Shown piece after piece: positions 23,676-35,100 of a stretch of 64,000 nucleotides of DNA. Numbering within the stretch: the stretch's first letter is position 1; every line of letters begins with the position of its first letter. The DNA is from Phoronis australis. Its lineage: Eukaryota; Animalia; Phoronida. Made by a program: the position numbers and the translations under genes. The notes beneath the pieces are model-generated. The model did not search any database, had not been told where the DNA came from, and saw nothing but the letters and a program-made list of their open reading frames with translations. The stretch is from assembly GCA_002633005.1 (NCBI GenBank), contig NMRA01000032.1, positions 414,911-478,910 of the forward strand, written 5' to 3'.

Positions 23676-26600
23676 ATGGCTACCGGAGATTCTCACAAGC
23701 ATCAGGTGTCGCCTATTTTGTACCTCATCGTCGTAGTGTTTAACTTGTCTTCGTTCATCGACATCAATGGCTCCTGGGCCGAGATGCCACTGTTTGTCCA
23801 AAGGCTTCCAGAATACTGGGCGCTCCCCAGCTATTTCACTCTTGTTCTCAATGTAGCGGCTATTGCGCCGTGTATTTATTACGCTCTGCAACGTTTGAAA
23901 CCTACGCCGCGACTGGAAGTGCCTTCTGCTTACGCCATCATTATCAGCGGATTTACGTCTTGCATTCTGCTCACCTTTTGCTGGTCCATGACAGCTTCTA
24001 TCGGAGGTTCCGAGCACAGTGTTGGTCTTCTATCGCTAAGCTTCATTCTCGCGTTGACCGACGGTACGTCATCGGTGGTGTTTTTGTCGTTCATGTCCAT
24101 ATTCCCGTCTGAGTACCTCTCCGCATTCTTTGTCGGTGACGGCATGTGCGGCGTTTTGCCCTCGATTGTGGCCACTATACAAGGTGCAGGCGAATACACT
24201 TGCGTGAATGTTAGTATCATTGACAACGTCACAAACTCATCAACTGAAGAGCAAGGAAGTCATTTGGAGCAAGTTCTCAAGCAGCCTTTGTTTCCAGTCA
24301 GTGTGTTTTATGGATTTCTTGCTTTCATCTTGGCCATGAGTTGCGGAGCATTTTCTCTACTCAATTTTCATCCTTGGTGCCAAAAATTTTATGTGAATCA
24401 AGAAAACAATGAGAAGGACAGTGCGCCCGAGAGTTTTCCTTTACAGCCACAAGGAGGATATGAATTTAAGGAAGGGGTTGATTCAAACGAAAGAGTGAAT
24501 GTACTGAATAACAATAACGACGTTGTAGTAAAAGAGTGGTCGCAAGACGAAAGAAAATTACGGAGACATGATATAATAAGCCTTTTTTTTCAGAATGCCT
24601 TGGTGTTCGGAATGCGCTACGGGGTACTTTATCCTCTGCAGTCGTACTCTCTTCTACCTTACGGTATGTCCAGTTAAAATTTTTACAACTTTGTGCTATT
24701 ACTCATCATTTACCTACACTATTAAATTGGGCCACACAAACGCGCGCGCACGCACACGCAGGCACACACACGCACACGCACACATACACACACATTCACA
24801 CATACGCACACATATTAGAAGTCTTTCTTGTGTCTGGAGCAAAGTTTTCTTTTGGAGCTTTTTTGGTACAACAACGAGTTAAAGTGGCACTCCGCGTCGT
24901 ATCGGCTGGCCAAAGGATGTCAACTTCAAAATGTTAGTTTTCATTAAAGCGGGACCAGAATAAGACAGGTAAATGGTATATGGGGGAAGGCGATACAGTA
25001 ACAATCACCAAACTCCTCTAGTTGTTAGCACAGACATAGCAAGAAGTATTAAACGGAGAGGTGATGAGCAATCGCAAAAAATTTGCAACATCGGGTAGCG
25101 TGCTAAATTGAGTGGCAACCTGGGGGGTGGGGCACTTCGTAATGAACGGGGTAGGGGCAAACGCAGAATTGGAATGAGTTTCGACTAGGGGGAGGACCTT
25201 TTTACGCTCAACAAGAGTAGGTATGTTACCGTTGCAACCATTTGTTTAGGGTTTCTGAGGTCTTTGGTTCAGCTTACACTTCTTATTTTCAAATTAGTCC
25301 TCAATTTGAAAGCAGAAACGATGGTGTTTGACATTCTTTGTTGTGCCTTCTTTCGTTTGAAACTCACACGCCAACGGAAATCCTAATGCATGAAGTCCTA
25401 TCACAACAAAAATCGCCGTTTGTCCAACGAAACGGCAATTAGCAAAAGTTACAACTGTGCCCACACCACCCTGCTTGTCAACGACAGGTACTAGAACTGT
25501 AATTTCGTTGTTTTCACAGGAACTCTGGCGTTCAGTCTCGGCAACCGCGTGACGACAGTGGCGCAACCCTTGGGCAGTTTTCTGGAACTGTTCTTGCCAG
25601 TTCGGTCAACTCGAGCAGTCACCATAGCGACTATTTTGGGGTCGGTGGCTTCCACTTACATTCTCATCATTGCAACCTACAGTCCTAATCCTCCGCTGAA
25701 GGAACCCGAATACAGAACTTTAGGAATTTGCCTCGTTGTAAGTGGTTTGGCATAAGTTGTTCGGCAGTCAGTCTAAGCCGATATTTGCTATTAACAGCTG
25801 GGTTGCAATTTGCGACTATAAAATTGCTATAAGTGAGACATTTGCCTAATAGGCATGGAGTAAGAAATAGCTTGGAAAATCATTTCCCAAATGTGTGGAC
25901 TTGAATTCAGTATAAGTGAAACTTGATCGGATAGAACTGCCAAAATTGATGGTTGCTTGGCGACATAGAAAATGTAGCAGGCTAGCAAATGTTCAGACCG
26001 CTTCCACTTGGTGAAACTGAAGCTGATCATAAATACTGGATATAAAATTTATCTAGGAAATAAAACCTAAAGCCAGGTCTACACGATAATGTTGTAGGAG
26101 ACCTCGATAACAGAAGTTCGAGGGTTGCGGCAAGCGTTGTACAGTATAAGGTCATTCACTTAGCTATTTCCCAAGTGCTTGCGCTGTAATGACTGCAGAC
26201 CAGGTTTGACGCTCCGTCCACACAATTGCGTGTCCATTTGAAAACACCTATCTCTTTTTGGAACACCTACCGTCCGCTAGTGTCCAGTAAAACGACAACC
26301 AAAAACGCTTTCCAGAATGGAGATTTTTCAAAAAACGCCTTTTCACTATGCTCTAATAGTGTGGTTTACGAAACTTTTCAAAAACGTTGGCATTTATGCT
26401 ATCAAATCAGAACCAAGTAAATGTGATTAGTCGGCGTTTTTTGGACGCATTAGACCCTGCCCAAACGATTATATTTTGATCTTAAAAACAACACTTTTTC
26501 TTAACGTTTCACATTGATGAATTTTTAATGGCTTAATGGCCGCCATTTTGCTTGGGTAAGCTCACTAGACTAGTACAAAACGTAGACAGGAGGGCTCTGA

Positions 26601-27370
26601 TCTATCCTGGCTAATGATTGGTCTCTCTGGTAACTTAGCAACGACGGCTTGCCTTTCCAACACAGTAATTGCCATGACTTTTACTTTCATGTTGATTTCC
26701 GCTGGGAACGTTTATAATCTCATGATCCCCGTATACCGCACGGTAGCAAATGCGACACCCATTAGACTAGTTGACTCACGTGATTTCCCCAATGTTGAAA
26801 TCCGTACAGTCAAAAACTGGATTTGGCTGTATTTTCGGAGTGCATGAAGACGACTGTGCGCCAGAGATTGGAACCAGTCTATTAACCTAAGGAAGAATAT
26901 TGTTTAGTTTGAAATGTTTTGTGTGCTCGAGCAACAAAGCTTATGATTTGCATTTTAGCAAGAAGGAGACAATTCGTTAAGTAAGTTAGAAGTATCTCCT
27001 ATTTCTTCTGGTCTGACGTGTTGCATTTGCGTGATCACGATTTGTCCGTGGTGGCAAGTTGTCGCTGTAACCAATTGCCCTCACACTGTGACCGACTTGG
27101 TGACGTACTATTGTGATGAGCTGTGACTATTTTTTGTTTACTTATTTATTAAAATAGTTCGTATTTCAGGTCACCGCCTGGGTTGTTATGTCGCTGAGTT
27201 GGGGATACAGTGCCGTTGGAATTGCAAAACTGTTGAACATTTTGGGCAAACAGTATCTTATGTCCGCTGGATTACTGAATAACATTGGAACAGCCATGGG
27301 GTCCATTGTATCTTTTATCCTCATTAACGTGTTCGGCTTATTTACGTCGTCCCCACCATGTGAAATATAG
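23676..27370 (+). CDS. SLC52A: SLC52 family riboflavin transporter (RFVT-like), 3 exons, ~468 aa
   Basis: Exons 23676-24663, 25520-25737 and 27170-27370 (1407 nt, phases 1 and 0 consistent). Family motifs: SSFIDINGSWAEMPLFVQRLPEYWALPSY, LALTDGTSSVVFLSF, FFVGDGMCGVLPSIVATIQG, LQSYSLLPYG, YSPNPPL, and C-terminal INVFGLF..PC. Multiple TM helices. Confidence 0.93.
24733..24812 (+). repeat. Imperfect (CA)n/(CG)n microsatellite
   Basis: CACACAAACGCGCGCGCACGCACACG...CACACATACGCACACA in SLC52 intron 1. Confidence 0.85.
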
Positions 27371-27943
27371 CGACGCCGAACCTGTGACGTGAACATTCCA
27401 GATGACATTTTGTGACGTCGATGACACCCGCCCTCACAATGATGAATCTTCACCATACAAAGGAACGTTAACAGGCAACCTATACTCAAGCCACCACTAG
27501 TAAAAGATTATGTAATGGTCACTAAGTCCATTAAACCACGATTTGAGACACTGTAGTGCGTTATGGCTACATCACTACAAGGGCACAGGTAAAATAATTT
27601 TCGAGAATTCCTAGCTCAAATTCTTGAAGAGCGTTACCTGCTACAACTGATGAGCACCACTACAATATGTAACACGGTCGCAGTATGGAAACACAAAATA
27701 TAACGTGTCATTTCGTTGATAATAATCCATTTTGCAGAAACCAATACCGGTTCTCACACAGTGCTACTTATACTTGCTTTATTATTGTACGCACATGCCG
27801 AAACCCAGTTTGCGCTCATGGACGACACATATATACCTGTCCCCTTCGGTTAAGTAATGCCATTTATACATGCATAGGCGAAATGCCGCTCATGGAATGA
27901 ATGACATGACCCTTGGCTGCAAATAGTAATTGCACAGATATCG

Positions 27944-28090
27944 CGTCCTCAGTAACTCGGTGGTAAGAGCATTAGACCGGCTATCTAGAGACCTGTGGTT
28001 CGATTTGATAGGTGGATGGTTCGGGCGTTTGATGTTAACTAAAGAGACGAGACGCCACACTTGCGGCCGGCCTTCGTAATAAGTTTCATT
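27944..28090 (+). mobile_element. tRNA-derived SINE head (degenerate)
   Basis: A-box-like TAACTCGGTGGT (27953) and B-box-like GGTTCGATT (27997) at tRNA spacing, with an anticodon-arm-like TTAGACCGGCTATCTAG. There is no intact acceptor stem. Confidence 0.55.
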
Positions 28091-29149
28091 GTTCAATAAG
28101 GTAACACGTTTTCATATGAAACTATCAAATACTTTGCGTTATGAACTGTTCTCTAAAAGTCTGTTAGGAATTGCTTTTAAAATGTTTCACTTTTGCGCGA
28201 AGGGGTATCAAAATATAAGGCTATGATTTTTTTATGAAAAAATCAAAAGCTGAATAAAACGAAAACGAACTGATAGTTTATAAAACTGAAACAGTGTTTT
28301 TGAACTTTTATGTCAAAATTAAATTTGGTTATGTTATTGGTACCGCAGTTTTGCGATGACTGCACCTCTCTTTTGACTAACTTTTACTAGTTTTTCGTCA
28401 TCGGCGGCACAGCATAAGTCAAAATCGTTGGTGGCAAACGGATGAAATCAGAAAATCACACATCACGTAACTGATGGTTATTACTGGCAATTTCTGATAG
28501 CTCCACATTTGTATATCCGGCAGATGACACATTTTACCCCCTCTCCCCCAACGTAATCCCAGGCGTACCTGCGGCCACAGGGCTCCATAAACGGAAAATG
28601 TATCATATCATGAAATACATGTGTATCATGACGGATGTGTGCCTACTTGCAAATTTATTCTGAAAAAAACGACACAGCGATTACAAATATGTCTGTTAAC
28701 GACCGACTGGATGTAAACCTCAATTTATATCCCGGGGTCCATAACTCTAGACCTAGCTCTGTTACAAAGTGTACATGGTGAGCTGAGAGTGAAACGGTTA
28801 TTCCTGCACTCATTTCGAGAAAAACACCAAATACTATGGATTTCAAGCAATTGAGCAACTTTTAGTAACTTACTTATAGTGACAAAAGTTGAGCAAATCA
28901 TTTCACCATAACAGTGTTAAAATATGCTAATTCTACTTCACATCAAGACTTACTTTTAACTGACACTCGCTGAAACTGGTATTCATTTTGGGGAAACCGT
29001 ACAAACTATGATGTAGATTACAGTCGTGGCTCCAGAAGCTGGAAAGTGGACTTGTATTCAGAAAAATTTCAAAAATCGTGCATAAGACAAACTGACAATT
29101 TCCCTGAAAATCGAATTTTATAGCAACTTTTGGTTTATATAAAGCGGCA

Positions 29150-32100
29150 TTAAATGTGAACTATCACTTTAAAATAATTGTCCCAGTCCCAGACGTAGAG
29201 TGCTTTATCACGAGCGTCGTAATGAGTGTGCGAATTGTGCAAGGCCTCATTGGTCCAGGGGAGGACACCCGAAGTGTTGGTAGACATGGTACGTGTATTG
29301 TAGATTGCCCGTATGTTTGTAGAGTACAATGAATAACTTCCTGTCAAGTACATGTAGCCACAAGCCATGAAGGCGTTTCCCGCTCCAGTTTTTGAAATAT
29401 TTGTGTGGAATGTTCTCTCAATAGTGTACTTAGACATGTCAATTTTACTAATAGAGATTTTACAGTCAGGTTCTGACGCCCATATCAAGTACAGTCCAGT
29501 TTCATCAGCTTCAACGTCGATCGAAGCAGAATTTAGCCAACCGTATTCACATTTGGCTGCCGAACGTGTCAAACCGAAATCGTCAGCAACATGAACCAAA
29601 TTTATGACGTGTTTAAAAGATGGCAATTCTATGTTGGAGACCATTACAGAGAGTACACCAGTGTTAATCCATCTTTGACAGATTAACTTCCCTCCTAGAA
29701 CAAGTCCGTTGGCTCCTTGACATCCACTAGTAAGTGTTATGGTCACGTGGTCTACGTTTTCCTTAAAAGCAGTTTCATTTGGATATATATCTATGGTTTT
29801 AACGTTTTCATACCCCTTCATGAAGTAGACCTTAGACTCGCCAGAGCTTGTAAGCGCATCTTTACTTATCATTCCCCAGGCGAGTCCAGTCCTTGCGTTG
29901 GCCAAAAGCGTCGACGTGAATGACTGCGGTGGTAAACATTCTGAAAGGAAGAGTGAACTTACGTGTATTTAAAGAGAAATGTTGGGTTTTCAAAGACATT
30001 TTTACCCAATGTGGTCATAAACTCGCGTTAGGAAGTGAACTTTTCAGCTAGCCGATCAATTACCGTTATATAACTGAACTAAAATTGTTCATTACTCAGG
30101 TGAGAAGAAAGTTTTAGGTTTGCAAAGAGCCGACAGCTCGTTTTTGCTGGAGAACATACTCGACGCACAAAATGACACGCCCCGACAACCAAAATTGTAA
30201 ATATCGACAAGCAGTAATAAATTGTCATGTCTTTTCAAATCCTGGAATCTTATTCAATTTGACTAACTGAGACCTATTTCACAGCAGCAAGTAGTCCAAA
30301 TCAAAAGTGAGTTTTGTGTTGGAAGGGGGTTATTGCCGCTTTAAATGCATATAGGCGTATGCGCCTGTGCTCTATCTTCGTATGTTTCTTGGACGGGCGC
30401 ACACGCTCATTCGCTATAGTATTCGTCAACTTCACATACACACATAAAGACGAGGTAGTACTGGCAACGAATTTCCCAGAGAAACCACATTTTGGAATAA
30501 ATTAAAATGTTTAGGAGACCTTGACAAAGTTTTTGGCCACATAGATATTCACGTCCTGGTAATCTTCTCAGGTGCATCTCCAATTAACTCCATTTAAAAT
30601 TAAATAAGTTTGAACTTCCGCGGTACGTACAGCACGCACCCTCAGTGAACTGTTCTCAGATGTCACTAATTCCTAGAAATGACTTCCTGATAATTCTAAT
30701 AGGTCTGACGTCATTTAGGCATCTCTAGGAAGGATGAGCAATGTTTGTCTTAAAGATGTATTTGCATACTCTTACTATGCTAATGTACAGTAGGAACTAA
30801 ACGACAATGCTATTTAAACATCATCTACACTAAACATAGTGCAGTTGTATTATTGACAACTGGTAAATGTGGAAACAAAAAATATGTAAGTAGGTGTCCT
30901 TGAGGGCTCACATAACCCGCATCACGCAGTGTTATTCCCCAACACCACGTCACGATGCTTACTGGACACGGTTGAGTGATTACGGCGGATCTTTTTCGAC
31001 GCAAAACTCGTTCTTAAAGGCGAAGACAACCTTTTTCCATGTCACTTTGAGCTAAAATAAGGTTGGTTGGTTATCCTAGACATATTTTCCACTTAATTAC
31101 AGCTTTTCGTAATTTTATTAATTACTCGTCCGCTACTGCGGAAGTGACGTTTTAGGAGGCAAGCATTTCGCGCCAATTTCTTTTCATATAGTCTGACTGT
31201 GAGAGCTGCCGAGTCAGTCATTGTTCTACCTCGGTTATGTTAAGTTCCGTAGTCGTTTGCTTTCATTTACTAGTCAGTCAACATGCCACACTGTTGCTGC
31301 GTACCGGAATGTACTAATTATCGGCTCACGCGCGCTTTGGGAGTGCCTTTGCATCGCTTTCCGATGATGACACTTTGCCGTACTTGGCTCGTTCGTGTGA
31401 AGAACGCAGCGTTACCCGTCCACGCAACGTACAAAGCAGTGGAGAATTACCGTGTGTGTGGCAAGCACTTTCTGCCGTCCAATTACGAAAGGAATTTGTA
31501 CGCTGAACTGATGAAGGTCCTTGCGAAACAACGCCTGAAGAAGGATGCCATTCCGTCTGTGTTGATTTCCGGCAGTGCCCCGTCGCTACACCCGAGAAGT
31601 GCGTTTTTGAAGCGAGAAGCCTCGCGAGCTGTGGCCAGTACAGTGACTGGAGCCAGTGGAGGCCACTTCATCTACTGTCACCCGTGCCTCCGAACGTATC
31701 CCAGAGCGTGCAATTCCTGGAACCAGTTGTGATTCGCCCTGTGCTGTTTTCTTCAGTCCAGAGCCTCTAAGCAGCCCTGCAGCGATATTGAGTAGTGAGA
31801 GTGAGTACAGGCCCAGTTCGACACACAGTGAAGAGGACAGTTCGTCGTTCAGTGAACAGATCGGTGAGCCACACTTTGATAAGTTTATTGTGGACTTGTT
31901 TATTAGAAGATGCCAGGTGTGGGGCGAGGGAGTCACACGACACGATGTAAGCAGTTTGGGTGCTCAGGTCACCATCCAGTGGGAGTGTGTCGCGGGACAC
32001 TCTGGCAAGTGGGACAGTTGTTCCTCTGTCCGTGGTATGCCGGAGGTCCACTTAACCATGTCCAGTAGTGGCTTGGCCTCGTCGAACTCTGAACAGCACA

Positions 32101-35100
32101 AGCATTGAAGGCATAACAACGCACACAGTGCATTTGCACCAAGATGTGTCACCACGTCTGTCCTCAGTAGCCGCCTCGTTTCTCTCAACAGCTGCCTGTG
32201 CCAGTGCGTACTCTGCCTCGTTATACTCGGGCTCAAACATGTACCCACCCACTGAGTGTCCGTGACAAAATTCCTCGTCACCACTGCTGTGAACAAGGTC
32301 TCCGTCACTCACACTACTGTCACTGTGATACGGGTCACCGACTCCAGCCATTTTCAGCTTACAACACCCTAAACAATCCCTAAATCCAACGTAGTTGAGT
32401 TCTCTACCAACCTATCTTGCCGCAGAATACTCGCCGATAGAAAGTGGTGGCGACAATTGTTGAAAAACAGCACAAACCAAAAGTAGAATATAGTGGATTC
32501 GCACGGTAAAGTCAACGCAAAACCAAGTGGCGGGAAACGCTTGCCTCCTAAAACGTCACTTCCGGAGTAGCGGACGAGTATTTGATAAAATTACGAAAAG
32601 CTGTAATTAAATGGAAAATATGTCTAGGATAACCAACCAACCTTATTTTAGCTCAAAATGACATGGAAAAAGGTTGCCTTCGCCTTTAAAAGCATTTGGT
32701 AACTTTCAACTTACATCATATTCACAGCGTCGCTATAGGTTGTGTTTTCAACTAATTTGACCAAGTAACCGCAGAGATAAGGAATTAGCATGCAAGTACC
32801 ACTTTAAGGTTAATAGCCGGTTCTTAGTTATTACACATACGTTCTGGCGGTGATGACAGGTCAGCTTCTCAATCGAAAACGAAGCGTTCCCTGGCATGTA
32901 CGAAAAGAATTAGCAACAAGAAAGATAAGAAAGATGAGAGAGTGAGGAAACTGCGGCGACCGTCGAGCTGTTGATTCGGCTTCAATCTCCGAGTTCGAAA
33001 AAACTCTTTTACGGACTGTTGCAGGTGTGGTATTGTGTAATTTTTGGGGCAAGTTTGTTGTTTTCCAACCGCAAACTGACCGCGGAAGCAACAATTCGAA
33101 ATGCCACACAAGAACGTTCGATAGTGACGCCGGGTGATGCACGCCCTAGTTGAGTTTCGGCTGCCTGGTTTGCAGCGTGAATCTGACTTTATCACACATC
33201 AATCAAAGTGACTTACAGACACCGTTCAGCTGGTGAATGATCATTTTTATTTTTGTTTTTGCCAACTACGAATCTTAAAAAATGTGGAGGTCACGGAACT
33301 AGTTTTTCCTATTCAGCCTAAAACAAAATCGACATTTTTCAAACTAAATAAGATGTTATTTGAACTAAAATTTATTATTCAAATTGTGTATAAATTAGTG
33401 TCGTAAATCAAAGATTACTTTACGACTTTTTGGCAAAATGTCTGAATCCCGTTAGGAAAAACGATGTAATATCAGGAAGAGATAATCTTTTCCTGTTAAT
33501 ATCTATTGTCCGATGCATTGTTTGAAAACAAACAAGAAATTCGTGGAATATAAATTCTCGAAGCCACTTTTGAGAAACTCGTGGATATTGTAAATCTTCG
33601 GGAAGAGTTAGAGTGTTATGTAGTCCGACTCGACAAAAGATTTTGAGTGAAGCGAACAGGAAAGTTTTGAAGCCAAGGTAGAGTTAACAGAGAAGAATCC
33701 CTGCCAGCCATTCTTGGAGCGGATACTTCTAGAAAGTGTGGAATACGGTCCAGCACGACATGACTCGTTATAAAGGAACACCACAGGAATCTATAACAAT
33801 TGCAACACAAAAAGGGTTCAGAACCTGAGACTTGAAGCCAAAATTACGCCACTGCGTATTTTCATTTGGGGCGCAAGGTACACATTTTCGTGTAATGCGG
33901 AAGTCACCACCGAAGACTCCTTTACCGATCACGAATGCAAAAAGGCTGTAGAAAGTCTTAAAGTATTCCATTAGCTCGTTTTATAAAAATGGACAGCGTA
34001 AACTTACCTTTCTCAACTTCACCACATTTAGTCACGTGTGTAACTTGATTTGTTATCTAAAGTAGAAAAACAAAAACATCGTGTGAACATCGCAAGAGAT
34101 TCGTTGTCATTTACTTCGAATAACTTCGAAAATGCATAGCTACATTGTGGTGTAGTTGACACATAACGACTCAGAGGAAAAGGTTGGCGACTAAAATGTG
34201 CATTCTTGTATGAAATATGAATTGCCTAAACGTGTAGCGCCCACTAATGAACAGTTCATTAGCACCTGCTGTGCAATCACGTTGGTCTCAACCAATATTT
34301 TGGCCAAATTAGATGAAGTATTGCATGTTTAATTATGAAAATCATACAACTGTTTATGTGTCACAATTCGTATTTAAAGAAACCCGACTATATCTATGCA
34401 GCATAACTCATCAATGTAGAATCTTCAAATACTAAAATTGGAGTGAGTACCTGACACCAGGTGGCAGGGTATTTACGATTATTGGGTTTCATCTGGTAAG
34501 TATCTGTTATTAGGCACGGCGTTCTCTTTGCTCAACTTATTATAGATGAGACGCTATTCGATTCGTACAACATCGTCTTTTTGGATAGGCAAGTGATGAA
34601 CATAATGGATTTTTGGGTCTTTAAAATTAGTCATTTTAAATTAGTGTCAAATGTTAGTCAGACCTAAGTTTTATCGGCACCAGTGTGCTGCTATACCTCT
34701 AAAACCTCAGACTAGACCCCAAAATTATGTCTTAATTATAATTAGTCAGTTAGCTCTATCTGTTTTAGTGATTTCAAAACGTTCACACCGACCTTCTTAG
34801 AAAATGCGTTGTTTTAAACCATTTGCGGTGGTCACATTTTGACAGTCTTCTTTTTGTTGACCAGTATCTAGGTATGAAAACCTGTTGTAGCTCAAGTACT
34901 ATATTGATGCGTTCACTGGTCTTACATCGTTTAGTCTAGTTGCCAAAAAGTTGACCCTGCTATGTTGTTTACTGTAAAAGTTTTTTTGTTTTGGAATGGT
35001 TAGGAGAACAAAATTAACTTGGTTGCACTTTGTGCAAGTTTGAGCACTTTTTACACTTCAAGATGGCAGCTTCCGCCATCTTGAATTTCGCCTAATTTCC

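Larger units (their letters stand above)
31018..32685 (+). mobile_element. Kolobok DNA transposon, internal-deletion derivative (1668 bp) with ~158-bp TIRs
   Basis: TSD TTAA (31014-31017, 32686-32689) and termini AGG...CCT. TIRs 31018-31175 and 32528-32685 are nearly perfect. Carries a plus-strand THAP/transposase N-terminus and a convergent minus-strand KolX N-terminus. Confidence 0.92.
30754..32803. mobile_element. Second copy of the TTAA MITE, interrupted by a Kolobok insertion
   Basis: TTAA at 30750-30753 and 32804-32807, with termini AGATGTATTTGCAT ... ATGCAAGTACCACT. Both halves align to 10768-11163. Confidence 0.85.

Noticed and set aside
27944-28015. Functional tRNA gene
   Set aside because: A and B boxes are degenerate and the acceptor stem does not pair; better read as a SINE head.
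34451-34492. Possible 42-nt phase 0-0 cassette exon (MKPNNRKYPATWCQ) in the olfactomedin gene
   Set aside because: Weak donor and poor pyrimidine tract; cannot be supported without transcripts.
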